This document shows positions 7,615 to 16,051 of a stretch of DNA of 21,873 nt, piece after piece; positions within the stretch are counted from its first letter, which is position 1, and each line of letters opens with the position of its first letter. A program made the position numbers and the translations under genes. The notes under the pieces were generated by a model, which had not been told where the DNA came from, did not search any database, and saw only the letters and a list, made by a program, of their open reading frames with translations. Source of the DNA: Candidatus Methylomirabilis sp. (GTDB lineage Bacteria; Methylomirabilota; Methylomirabilia; Methylomirabilales; Methylomirabilaceae); assembly GCA_041498975.1 (NCBI GenBank), contig JBGQJI010000033.1, positions 1 through 21,873 of the forward strand. Reading direction: 5' to 3'.

Positions 7615-8897
7615 GCCAAAAGCCCCTCCAGCAGGGCTACCGTCCGGTCGCACGCCCCCCGATGCGCGGCCAGGGCCTCCAACGCCGCTTTTCCCATCCG
7701 ATCCCTGGCGACCGGGTCGCCGAACAGCATCGCGAGCTCGCGGAAAAGCTCCTCGGTATTGTCGACCTGGACGGCCGCCCCCCGCTCGACAAAGAACGCG
7801 CTGGTTTCAGCGAAATTCTCCATATGCGGGCCAAACAGAACCGGGCGACCATGCAGTGCGGGCTCGAGCAGATTGTGGCCCCCCTTCGGGACGAGGCTTC
7901 CGCCTACGAACGCAACAGTGCCGATGGCGTAAAGCGTCGAGAGCTCGCCCATCGTGTCGAGCAGGACGACCTCTTTTGCCCCGCCACATCCGCCGGCCAT
8001 GGCACTGCGTCTGACCACAGCCAAGCCGTTGCTGGCGACCGCCGCCTCCACCGCGGCGAGCCGATCGGGATGGCGGGGAGCCAGGATCAACAGAAGGTCC
8101 GGGAACTGCCGGCGCAAGCGGATGAACGCTCCCAGCAAGGCCTCCTCCTCGCCGGCATGAGTGCTGCCCGCCACGAGAACCGGCTGCTGCGTGTCGATCT
8201 TCAGATCCCGACGCCACTGCTCTGCGCGAGAGAGCGCATCGGTCTGAGGCGCGGCGTCGAACTTGAGGTTGCCCACCACATGGACCCGCTCGGGACTCGC
8301 GCCCAGCGCAAGGATACGTTCGGCATCTGTCCGGGTTTGCATGCAGAACAGGTCAATGCAGTGAAGGACTCGACGAATAAACGGCCGGACGAGACGGTAG
8401 CGGCGAAATGAGCGCGCTGAGATCCTGCCATTGATGATGGCAACCGGGACCTGCGAGGTCGCGCACCCGCGAAGGAAGTTCGGCCAGATCTCCGTCTCCG
8501 TCAGGAGGACGAGGCGAGGTTTCACGGCCGCCAGCGCCCGGTGAACGATCATTGGCAGGTCAAGGGGGAAATACACGACCCCCGCGGCCTGCGGCAGAGA
8601 TCGTCGTGCGACCTCGCGCCCGGTGGCGGTCACCGTGGAGACCACGAACGACAGCTTCGGCCGACGCGCCGTCCAGAGATTGGCAAGAATGGAGGCCGCG
8701 CTGACCTCACCCACCGACACGGCATGGATCCAGACGGGCTGAGTCTCGCGGATGTGGGAGAGAAGCGGTTCAGGGTAGAAACCCAGGCGCTCCCGCCACC
8801 CGTCCCGGTGGCGGCGAATTCCGACGGCGCCTAGAAGGAGGGATGGGGACCAGACGAGCAGGACAAGACTCACTAGCAGGGAATACGCATGATACAT
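7611..8897 (-). CDS. waaA: 3-deoxy-D-manno-octulosonic acid (Kdo) transferase
   Basis: WIHAVSVGEV, ETEIWPN, GNLKFD, AGSTHAGEE, APRHPDR, DTMGEL, GGHNLLEPA. Start moved to ATG 8897, which is followed by a hydrophobic anchor. Confidence 0.96.
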   Translation of the reverse strand: MYHAYSLLVSLVLLVWSPSLLLGAVGIRRHRDGWRERLGFYPEPLLSHIRETQPVWIHAVSVGEVSAASILANLWTARRPKLSFVVSTVTATGREVARRSLPQAAGVVYFPLDLPMIVHRALAAVKPRLVLLTETEIWPNFLRGCATSQVPVAIINGRISARSFRRYRLVRPFIRRVLHCIDLFCMQTRTDAERILALGASPERVHVVGNLKFDAAPQTDALSRAEQWRRDLKIDTQQPVLVAGSTHAGEEEALLGAFIRLRRQFPDLLLILAPRHPDRLAAVEAAVASNGLAVVRRSAMAGGCGGAKEVVLLDTMGELSTLYAIGTVAFVGGSLVPKGGHNLLEPALHGRPVLFGPHMENFAETSAFFVERGAAVQVDNTEELFRELAMLFGDPVARDRMGKAALEALAAHRGACDRTVALLEGLLA

Positions 8898-8913
8898 CCT
8901 TGGACACCGCCTG

Positions 8914-9609
8914 TCACCGACTCGTTTTGACGTAGTCGTCAGCCTGTATTGACAGGAGATCAAGGCGCTCTGCGAGGATCTCCTGGTATTTTGAAACTTC
9001 CTCCTTCTTCGCCGTCGACTCTACATAGATCGGCTCGCCCCAAATGTAGACGGCACGCGAGAACGGAAGGGGCAAGAGGAAGGCGTCCCAGCTCTTCAGG
9101 AGGCGGCGTCGTGACGCGCTGAAGCTCACCGGCACGATAGGAGCTCCGGTGAATTTCGCCAACTCGATCACGCCGGACTTGACCTTCCCCCGCGGCCCCT
9201 TTGGACCATCCGGTGTGATCACCAGGTGACACCCTTCCCTCAGGGCCTTGATCATCTGCTTAACCGCTCGAACCCCGCCTCGGGTGGCAGAGCCACGGAT
9301 CACCCGTGAACCCAGGATCCTCGCTATCCGGCTGATGTACTCCCCATCCAGATGCTGGCTGATGAGGATCGTCCGCGGCTGATCGGCGTAGAGAAACGGC
9401 ATCATCAGAAGGCGCCCGTGCCAGAAGGCGACGATGACCCGTTCGCCCCTTGCCAAGCACCCGTCCGGGTAACCTCGATCGATCTGGACGATTCGCAGAA
9501 GGCGATGCAGGCCGAGCAACAGGCCGGCGGCAAGCCAGGGCACGATCCGCAGGACGAGAGGGTTCTCCCTGAGCGCAACGACGGTTCGGGCGAAGGCTGA
9601 CTTGGCCAC
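8914..9609 (-). CDS. DUF374 / LpxJ-like lysophospholipid acyltransferase family protein
   Basis: AFWHGRLL, LISQHLDGE, IRGSATRGG, ITPDGPKGP, SWDAFLLPLPFS. GTG start overlaps the lpxB stop (TAGTG). Confidence 0.85.
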   Translation of the reverse strand: MAKSAFARTVVALRENPLVLRIVPWLAAGLLLGLHRLLRIVQIDRGYPDGCLARGERVIVAFWHGRLLMMPFLYADQPRTILISQHLDGEYISRIARILGSRVIRGSATRGGVRAVKQMIKALREGCHLVITPDGPKGPRGKVKSGVIELAKFTGAPIVPVSFSASRRRLLKSWDAFLLPLPFSRAVYIWGEPIYVESTAKKEEVSKYQEILAERLDLLSIQADDYVKTSR

Positions 9610-10781
9610 TACCCCCTCCGGACCACTGTCTCCGCCCCGGCTCCAGGCTGTAATAACTCAAGGATGGCGTCCGCCGCGCGGGTCACCGCCCCCGGCGGAC
9701 CCAACCGATCACGCACCTCGGTGAGTTGCTCCTGCATCCGGCGGCGGCGATCAGGCGACTCCAGCAAGCGCCGCGCTTCTTCGGCGATCCGATCGGGCGT
9801 TGCCTCGAACTGGATCAACTCAGGGGCGATGGCCTTTCCAGCCACCAGGTTCACCATCCCTATATGTGGGACCCTGATCAGCAATCGGCCCACCAACCAC
9901 GAGACGAACGCGAGACGATACACGATGACCATGGGGGTGCCGATGATGGCCGCCTCCAGGGTCGCTGTGCCCGACGCAACGAGGATCAGGTCCGAGGCAG
10001 CCATGACTTCGTGGGTACGACCCTGGACGACCCTGGCCGAACTGGACTCCTGCTTCAGGTACGAACCGACCAGATCCAGGGGCAGGCCATCGGCCGCGGC
10101 AACGATGATGCGAAGGTCCGGCCTGGTCATCAGGAGCTGCCGCGTCGCCCTGAGCAGGAGCGGGAGATGCTTCACAAGCTCACCCATTCGGCTGCCGGGC
10201 AACAGACCCACCACGGTCGCTGTTTGCTCCAGCTCCAGGTGGCGCCGGGCCTCAGGCCTCGACGGCGAACCCGATAACCGATCCAGCAGCGGATGGCCGA
10301 CGTACAGGGCCTCGATCCCCCAGCGGCGATAAAACGCCTCCTCGAAGGGAAAGATGACCAGGAGCCGACGGACATGCCTCGCGATCGAACGTATCCGACC
10401 GGTGCGCCACGCCCACACCTGCGGGCTGATAAAGTAGAGAACCGGGATTCCAAGCCGATAGGCCCTGCGGGCCAACAGCAGGTTAAAGTCTGGAAAGTCG
10501 ACGAGCATCAGGAGATCAGGGGGTCTCTCGCGAAGAAGTCGGACCATACTGCGGTATGCCCGCCACAGGGCGGGCAACTTGTAGGCGACCTCGACCAGGC
10601 CCACCACCGCCAGATCGCCGGCATATGCATGGAGACGCACACCCGCCTGCCGCAGCCTGTCTCCCCCGATTCCCTCTACGGTGAGGCCTGGTGTGCGACG
10701 CAGGAGTTCCTGAATTACACTGGCGGCGTGGAGGTCTCCTGAGGCCTCCCCCGCCACGATCAGAATCCGGCCGTTCGGCAT
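9609..10781 (-). CDS. lpxB: Lipid-A-disaccharide synthase
   Basis: IVAGEASGDLH, DFPDFN, ISPQVWAWR, YVGHPL, LLPGSR, ASGTATLE. Start moved to ATG 10781 (MPNGRILIV) because the track's TTG 10838 lies inside a repeat element. Confidence 0.96.
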   Translation of the reverse strand: MPNGRILIVAGEASGDLHAASVIQELLRRTPGLTVEGIGGDRLRQAGVRLHAYAGDLAVVGLVEVAYKLPALWRAYRSMVRLLRERPPDLLMLVDFPDFNLLLARRAYRLGIPVLYFISPQVWAWRTGRIRSIARHVRRLLVIFPFEEAFYRRWGIEALYVGHPLLDRLSGSPSRPEARRHLELEQTATVVGLLPGSRMGELVKHLPLLLRATRQLLMTRPDLRIIVAAADGLPLDLVGSYLKQESSSARVVQGRTHEVMAASDLILVASGTATLEAAIIGTPMVIVYRLAFVSWLVGRLLIRVPHIGMVNLVAGKAIAPELIQFEATPDRIAEEARRLLESPDRRRRMQEQLTEVRDRLGPPGAVTRAADAILELLQPGAGAETVVRRG

Positions 10782-10826
10782 CTGGCCTACAGTCTCCAGC
10801 CAGCTCTGCCTTGGCTGGTCGGCTCT

Positions 10827-10990
10827 GTGCCGATCCAAGAAACGAGCCGGGTACCTGCCGGAGACGGGTGCGGGCGCGGCACACGGGGCCGCCCCCGCTG
10901 CGCGGGGACCCGGCGTACGTCATCAGGTACGTCGCAGGAAGTGCCCCGTGGTGAAGCCTCACCGCGAGGCAAAGTTAGTTGGAACGGCAC
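10827..10990. mobile_element. MITE/REP-like non-coding element, copy 1 (164 bp)
   Basis: Imperfect terminal inverted repeats GTGCCGATCCAAGAAAC (10827-10843) and revcomp GTGCCGTTCCAACTAAC (10974-10990), 14/17. Core 10912-10946 is 32/35 identical to 15973-16007. Confidence 0.7.
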
Positions 10991-11937
10991 TACAGCCTCT
11001 CCACGATCTGAGAGGCGACCCTCAGGGCGTCGCGGCCTTCCTCTCCAGAGACCAGGGGTCTCTTCCGGCTCCGGACACACTCCATAAAACTCTCCAGCTC
11101 AACTCGCAGCGGTTCCGCCTTGTCGATGAAGATATCCTCCTTCACGATCCTCGGGTCTACCTCGGCAGCCTGACCCGCCTCCGGCGGAATGCGGTGGTAG
11201 ATAGCGATCTCTTGCTGGGAATAATCAAGGGAGATGAAGGTGTCACGCTGAAAGATGCGTATCCTTCGGACCCTTTCCACGCTCACCCGGCTGGCCGTCA
11301 GATTGGCGACGCAGCCCGACTCGAACTGGAGCCTTGCGTTGGCGATGTCCACCTGATCTGAGATGACGGGAACGCCGACAGCGGTCACGGCAATGACGGG
11401 CGACTTAATCAGATTCAGGATGATGTCGATGTCGTGGATCATCAAATCCAGGACGACATCGACATCGGTGTTGCGGTGGGCGAACGGGCCAAGCCGATGG
11501 CATTCGATAAACCCGGGGCTCCTCACGATGTCCTCGAGCGCCTTGACCGCTCCGTTGAAGCGTTCGATATGGCCAACCTGGAAGATTCGATCGTCAGCCT
11601 TGGCGATCTCGACTAGTTCGTCCGCCTGGGCAAGCGAACGCGCGATCGGTTTCTCCACAAGAACGTCCACACCGCACTCCAGGAATTCCTTGGCGATCGG
11701 GTAGTGCAGGAGGGTTGGGACCGCCACGCTGACAGCATCTACCGTTCCCAAGAGGTCGCGGTAATCGCGACAGAGCTGGATCCGGTGGCGCGTCCCCAAC
11801 TCCTGCAGACGCGCCTCGTCGATATCAACCACCCCGATAAGTTCAACACCCGGCAACTCCGAATAGATTCTGGCGTGGTGCTGCCCCACATAGCCGACAC
11901 CCACCACTCCCACGCGAACCGGCTTTCCGTTATTCAT
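10990..11937 (-). CDS. Gfo/Idh/MocA-family NAD-dependent oxidoreductase, probable UDP-GlcNAc 3-dehydrogenase (GnnA-like)
   Basis: VGVGYVG, LVEKPIA, VGHIERFN, DLMIHDID, NLTASRVS. Its position between lpxA/lpxI and lpxB is the known position of gnnA. Family is secure, substrate is inferred from context. Confidence 0.8.
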   Translation of the reverse strand: MNNGKPVRVGVVGVGYVGQHHARIYSELPGVELIGVVDIDEARLQELGTRHRIQLCRDYRDLLGTVDAVSVAVPTLLHYPIAKEFLECGVDVLVEKPIARSLAQADELVEIAKADDRIFQVGHIERFNGAVKALEDIVRSPGFIECHRLGPFAHRNTDVDVVLDLMIHDIDIILNLIKSPVIAVTAVGVPVISDQVDIANARLQFESGCVANLTASRVSVERVRRIRIFQRDTFISLDYSQQEIAIYHRIPPEAGQAAEVDPRIVKEDIFIDKAEPLRVELESFMECVRSRKRPLVSGEEGRDALRVASQIVERL

Positions 11938-11974
11938 GCGGAATCTTCCTTGGCTTAAGCGTTAGTATCAAACA

Positions 11975-12035
11975 AGTAGCGGTCAGCATTCAGCTCTGAT
12001 TTTTTTCGCTGATCGCTCAATGCTGATGTGCTACT
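11975..12035. repeat. Imperfect inverted repeat built from degenerate 7-nt TCAGC/GCTGA units
   Basis: AGTAGC-GG-TCAGCATT-C-AGC (11975-11994) pairs with GCT-C-AATGCTGA-TGT-GCTACT (12015-12035). A T7 run sits in the loop. Confidence 0.65.
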
Positions 12036-12831
12036 AGTCGGCAACAATCGATAGCCCCAATCGGTCAGCGGTCGCCACGACCTTCTCCTGATCCAGCATT
12101 AACGTCTGATCGGCATCAAGGGCCAGGACTGTGGCGCCCGCCTCTTCGAGGGCTGAGATCGTGTCCGGACCCACCACTGGAAGATCAAAGCGCATATCGT
12201 GATCAGGGCGCCCCACCTTGACGACCACCACGCCGCCCTTCGCGAGCGCCCCGCCACGGCGAATGGTTGCATCAGTCCCATCAATCGACTCCACTGCGAT
12301 AACGGTGCGCCGCTTGACGACGACAGTCTGGCCGATCTTGAGAGCTGCGATCGCCCTGGCGATCTCTCGACCGAAGGTGATATCTTGCTGTTCCTCGAAC
12401 GTCGGCGCGCGCGCCGTCAGCAGTCCTTTGCGCAAAATGACCGAGGTGAGAAAGCGCCGACAGTCGTGAAGGATTATCCCTTCCTTTGTCAGCACGTCTC
12501 CTAATGCCGCGAGGATTGAATCACCGCGTCGGTCCTTGAGTCCCAGGTAGAAAAGGATCCCCGTCAGATCGGCCCTGACACGAGAAAAGTGGGGCAGCGG
12601 AACTTTTCCCAGCATCACCGCATCTGCAACGCGCTCCTGCTTGAGGGTCGCGATCAGCCGGCCAAGCTGCCCGGCTCCTACCCAGGAGATCGCGTCTGCC
12701 TCGTCCGCGAGTTCGGAAGAGGCGGCCTCCTCAACAGCCACTGCCACAACTTTCAACCCTTGAGCGCGGGCCTCCCGCGCCGCGATGATCGGGAGCGGAC
12801 CTCCTCCGGCGATGATGCCGAGACGTTCCAT
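12034..12831 (-). CDS. lpxI: UDP-2,3-diacylglucosamine diphosphatase LpxI
   Basis: LGIIAGGGPLP, IGQTVVV, IAVESIDGTDATIRRGG, DMRFDLPVVGPDT. Directly downstream of lpxA. Confidence 0.93.
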   Translation of the reverse strand: MERLGIIAGGGPLPIIAAREARAQGLKVVAVAVEEAASSELADEADAISWVGAGQLGRLIATLKQERVADAVMLGKVPLPHFSRVRADLTGILFYLGLKDRRGDSILAALGDVLTKEGIILHDCRRFLTSVILRKGLLTARAPTFEEQQDITFGREIARAIAALKIGQTVVVKRRTVIAVESIDGTDATIRRGGALAKGGVVVVKVGRPDHDMRFDLPVVGPDTISALEEAGATVLALDADQTLMLDQEKVVATADRLGLSIVAD

Positions 12832-12959
12832 TACAAACCGGTTCGGGGTGCGGGGTGCGGGGTGCGGGGTGCGACCGCGAGCCCGGCCTGACTCAAGACA
12901 GCGAACTTATCAGCCACTTCGCACTTCGCACTTCGCACATCGCACTTGGCACCTCGCAT
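12831..12959 (-). CDS. Putative 42-aa repeat-encoded bridging ORF (MRGAKCDVRSAKCEVADKFAVLSQAGLAVAPRTPHPAPRTGL)
   Basis: ATG lies 5 nt after the lpxA TGA, 42 sense codons follow, and its TAA overlaps the lpxI ATG (TAATG). No homology recognised and translation is unproven. Confidence 0.3.
   Translation of the reverse strand: MRGAKCDVRSAKCEVADKFAVLSQAGLAVAPRTPHPAPRTGL
12844..12956. repeat. Two inverted heptamer tandem arrays
   Basis: (CGGGGTG)x4 perfect at 12844-12871. CACTTCG x3 + CACATCG + CACTTGG + CACCTCG at 12915-12956. The arrays are mutually complementary, with G-U/T wobbles on the plus strand. Confidence 0.92.
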
Positions 12960-12964
12960 TTTTT

Positions 12965-13741
12965 TCAACGGGCGATCCCGCGCGAGGACGTCTTGATGAA
13001 GTGAACCAGGTGCTCGACCTCGGGACAGGTTCCAACTTCCGCCGAAATCCTCTCCAGAGCCTGGGAGGTGTTGAGCTTAGATAAGAAGATCAATCGATAG
13101 GCTCGCTTCAGTCGCAAAACCGCCTCTTCGGAGATGCCGTGCCGCCGCAGGCCTACGGTATTCAAGCCATAGCACCTTGCGCGATTCCCGTGGACCATGA
13201 TAAAAGGCGGGGCATCTTGCGTCACCGCCGAGCAGGCAGCCACCATGGCGTACTTCCCTATCCGGACAAACTGATGGATTCCAGCTTGGCCGCCGATCAC
13301 TGCTCGCTCCTCGACTTCCACATGGCCGGCCAATCCCGCTTGGCTTGACACCACCACCTCATCCCCCAACACACAATCGTGGGCTACGTGGGCGTAGGCC
13401 ATGATATAGTTCCGCCGCCCCAGCACTGTGATCCCCCTGCCTTTCGAGGAGCCTTTGTGCACCGAGGCGAATTCCCGGATGACTGTCTCGTCGCCGATCA
13501 CCAGACTGGTCGCCTCGCTCCTGTCCTCGGCTATCTGGGGCTGGGCACCCAACACAACGTGAGATGAGATTTGACATTCCTCCCCGATCTCCGTGATCCC
13601 ATCGATGACAACATGCGAACCGATGGTCGTCCCACGACTTACAGTGACACACGGTCCGATGACCGTATAGCCGCCAACAACCACGTCTGAGGCCAGCTTT
13701 GCCTCTGGCGAGACAACGGCCAATGGATGAATGCGAGTCAC
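12965..13741 (-). CDS. lpxA: Acyl-ACP--UDP-N-acetylglucosamine acyltransferase
   Basis: IHPLAVV start, hexapeptide repeats, IREFASVH, MAYAHVAHDC, LAGHV, IHQFVRIG, GLNTVGLRR, SSRGI end. Start overlaps the fabZ stop. Confidence 0.95.
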   Translation of the reverse strand: MTRIHPLAVVSPEAKLASDVVVGGYTVIGPCVTVSRGTTIGSHVVIDGITEIGEECQISSHVVLGAQPQIAEDRSEATSLVIGDETVIREFASVHKGSSKGRGITVLGRRNYIMAYAHVAHDCVLGDEVVVSSQAGLAGHVEVEERAVIGGQAGIHQFVRIGKYAMVAACSAVTQDAPPFIMVHGNRARCYGLNTVGLRRHGISEEAVLRLKRAYRLIFLSKLNTSQALERISAEVGTCPEVEHLVHFIKTSSRGIAR

Positions 13742-14217
13742 TACTCTCGCACCGTCGGCTCGTCACCAGGGGAAAAGTCCTGCGGCCCCTTGTTAACGAC
13801 CACACATGACAGCCCCGCCTCAGCCACCAGCCTTCCCTCCACGTAGGCACGCGATCGCATCTTGCAGTTGCGGCCCCTGAGCTGGACAAGTTCAACCTCG
13901 ATTCTCACTTGATCTCCCGGCAGCACTGGCCTTCGAAACTTGGCCCGGTCGATGCCTGTGAAATAGAAGAGCTTCTTCTCAGGCCCTATATTCAGGGTCT
14001 GCATCATAAGAATCCCTCCCACCTGGGCCATTGCCTCAATCACCAGGACGCCCGGCATGACCGGTTGTCCCGGGAAGTGACCTTGAAAAAAGGCCTCATT
14101 GATCGTCACATTCTTGAGGCCGACGACCCTCTTGCCGAGCTCGATCTCGAGGATCCTGTCAACCAGCAGGAAGGGGTAATGATGCGGAAGTATCTCCTGA
14201 ATCTGCCGAATGTCCAT
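13741..14217 (-). CDS. fabZ: 3-hydroxyacyl-ACP dehydratase
   Basis: LPHHYPFLLVDRI, FFQGHFPGQPVMPGVLVIEAMAQ, KFRRPVLPGD. Confidence 0.97.
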   Translation of the reverse strand: MDIRQIQEILPHHYPFLLVDRILEIELGKRVVGLKNVTINEAFFQGHFPGQPVMPGVLVIEAMAQVGGILMMQTLNIGPEKKLFYFTGIDRAKFRRPVLPGDQVRIEVELVQLRGRNCKMRSRAYVEGRLVAEAGLSCVVVNKGPQDFSPGDEPTVRE

Positions 14218-15296
14218 CAGCCCGATCCCCCTTCCGGCGGCGGCCCAGAGGAACGTACGCCGCCTCTCCGTTCTCCAAGAGAGTCCTCAAGAGCCAGAAG
14301 GCGGGCCTCGATCTGCTGCATGATCTTCAGGAGTCGCGGGAGCCGATTCACCATGGCAAGGCCGCGCTTGAATTCGAGATGCGGCACGGCGGGAGAGCCC
14401 AGCCAGACCGCTCCGGGCGGAATGGTCTTGGTCACCCCGGCCTGGGCCCCTACCGTGACATCGTTGCCGATCTCGACGTGATCCGCGATCCCGACCTGGC
14501 CGGCCACGGTCACGCGATCTCCGATCTTCGTGCTCCCGGAGATCCCGGTCTGGGCTGCAACCACCGAATCCTCCCCCACCGTGACATTGTGGGCGATCTG
14601 AACCAGGTTGTCGATCTTGGAGCCACGCCTCACCAGAGTCGTCCCCATGGTGGCCCGGTCGATCGTAACGTTCGCGCCGATCTCAACGTCGTCCTCAAGG
14701 ATCACCCGTCCCACCTGCGGGATCTTGATGCGGACTCCCCGGCGATCTCTCAGATACCCGAAGCCATCGCTCCCGATCACAGCCCCGCTGTGGATAATCA
14801 CCCGATCCCCGACCTCGACACCCTCCCGGATCATGACCTGGGGGTAGACCCGACAGTCCGCGCCCAGGCGAGACCCCCTCCCGATGTAGACCTGGGGGCC
14901 GATGGCGCTCCTTGGGCCGATCACCACCCCTTCCTCGATGTATGAGAGCGCCCCGATCGCAACCCCCTCCGCAAGGCGAGCCCCGTCCCGCACAATGCTC
15001 GACGGATGAGCACCAGGGGTTGGGACGTCCGGAGGGTGGAAGAGACGAAGAGCCTGAACGAAGGCCATGTACGGATCGCTGGCCAGCAGGGCCGGCTTGG
15101 AGCACGCTGCCCCTTGCTCCCTGAGGATCAGGGCGGACGCTCGGCTCGCCCCCAGTCTCTGAAGGTCGCGAGGGTTGGTGACAAAGGCCAGGTCTCCCTC
15201 GCCGGCCTCGTCGAACGGGGCGAGACCACGCACCTCGACCTCCCCATCACCCACCAGCCGGCACCCCAGCTTTTCAGCCAGCTCCCGCAGTCGCAT
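14217..15296 (-). CDS. lpxD: UDP-3-O-(3-hydroxyacyl)glucosamine N-acyltransferase
   Basis: [53 protein letters not shown]. Confidence 0.97.
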   Translation of the reverse strand: MRLRELAEKLGCRLVGDGEVEVRGLAPFDEAGEGDLAFVTNPRDLQRLGASRASALILREQGAACSKPALLASDPYMAFVQALRLFHPPDVPTPGAHPSSIVRDGARLAEGVAIGALSYIEEGVVIGPRSAIGPQVYIGRGSRLGADCRVYPQVMIREGVEVGDRVIIHSGAVIGSDGFGYLRDRRGVRIKIPQVGRVILEDDVEIGANVTIDRATMGTTLVRRGSKIDNLVQIAHNVTVGEDSVVAAQTGISGSTKIGDRVTVAGQVGIADHVEIGNDVTVGAQAGVTKTIPPGAVWLGSPAVPHLEFKRGLAMVNRLPRLLKIMQQIEARLLALEDSLGERRGGVRSSGPPPEGGSG

Positions 15297-15304
15297 CGGA
15301 ATAG

Positions 15305-15856
15305 CTACTTTTTGCTCGAACGCGCGTTGAACCGCTCCAGGATCTCCTTCGTGAGGTCGGCGGGTTCGCTGCCGTAGATCACCCCGCCCTGGCCCTTCTC
15401 GACGACGAGCGTGAACCCCTTCTCCTTGCCATAGTCCCGGATCACAACGGCCACATCCCTGAGGAGATCGTTGACCAACTCGCTTTCGCGCTTGGCCAGG
15501 TCGCGGTTGAAATCCTCGGTCAGTCGCTTGAGGTCGCGAAGCTTCCGCCGGATCTCCTCTTCTCTCTCCTTTTTCGCGGCGTCGCTCAGGATGGGGCTCT
15601 GTTTCTGGAACTCGGTGTCCATCTGTTTGATCTCAGCCTCTTTCGCGCTGATTTCTTTCTGCTTCTCCGCGGCTTCGGCCGCCACCTTGCCCCTCGCCGC
15701 CAGCCCCTCTTTTGACTGCGTGATGACGGCCTGGATATCGACGAAACCGATCTTCATGGCAGGATCGGCCGCCCAACTCCCGGAAGCCGCGAGCATTCCC
15801 ACTATGCCCGCGCAGAGAAGCCACCCCCATCGCCCGGCGCGATGCGATCCCACCAT
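15305..15856 (-). CDS. skp: Periplasmic outer-membrane-protein chaperone Skp/OmpH
   Basis: Signal peptide, [10 protein letters not shown], long charged coiled coil, DLTKEIL. Lies between bamA and lpxD with a GGAGGAG RBS. Confidence 0.92.
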   Translation of the reverse strand: MVGSHRAGRWGWLLCAGIVGMLAASGSWAADPAMKIGFVDIQAVITQSKEGLAARGKVAAEAAEKQKEISAKEAEIKQMDTEFQKQSPILSDAAKKEREEEIRRKLRDLKRLTEDFNRDLAKRESELVNDLLRDVAVVIRDYGKEKGFTLVVEKGQGGVIYGSEPADLTKEILERFNARSSKK

Positions 15857-15920
15857 CAGCGATTCTCCTCCATGCTAGCGCTCCTCCAACAAGAATTCCG
15901 CCCTAATTTCGATGGGCACC

Positions 15921-16051
15921 GTGGCGGGCCAAGAAACGAGCATAGCAAGGCGCGGACCCAAGGGCCGACCGAGGCGTACGTCCTCAGGTACGTCGCAGGG
16001 AGCGCCCTGGGGCCCAGCAACGCCGCTAAGCGACGTTAATTGGACCGGCAC
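15921..16051. mobile_element. MITE/REP-like non-coding element, copy 2 (131 bp)
   Basis: Terminal inverted repeats GTGGCGGGCCAAGAAACG (15921-15938) and revcomp GTGCCGGTCCAATTAACG (16034-16051), 14/18. Shares CCAAGAAACGAGC and the 35-nt core with copy 1. Confidence 0.7.

Noticed and set aside
10782..10838. N-terminal extension of LpxB (likewise the track's extensions of AmrB, WaaC, WaaF, LpxK, WaaA, BamA and LolD)
   Set aside because: These are longest-ORF artefacts. Downstream starts fit RBS position, stop/start overlaps and family N-termini better.
15875..15920. Possible extra TIR-like fragment (CTAGCGCTCCTCCAAC...GATGGGCAC) next to element copy 2
   Set aside because: Similarity to the family end is too weak to distinguish from chance by eye.
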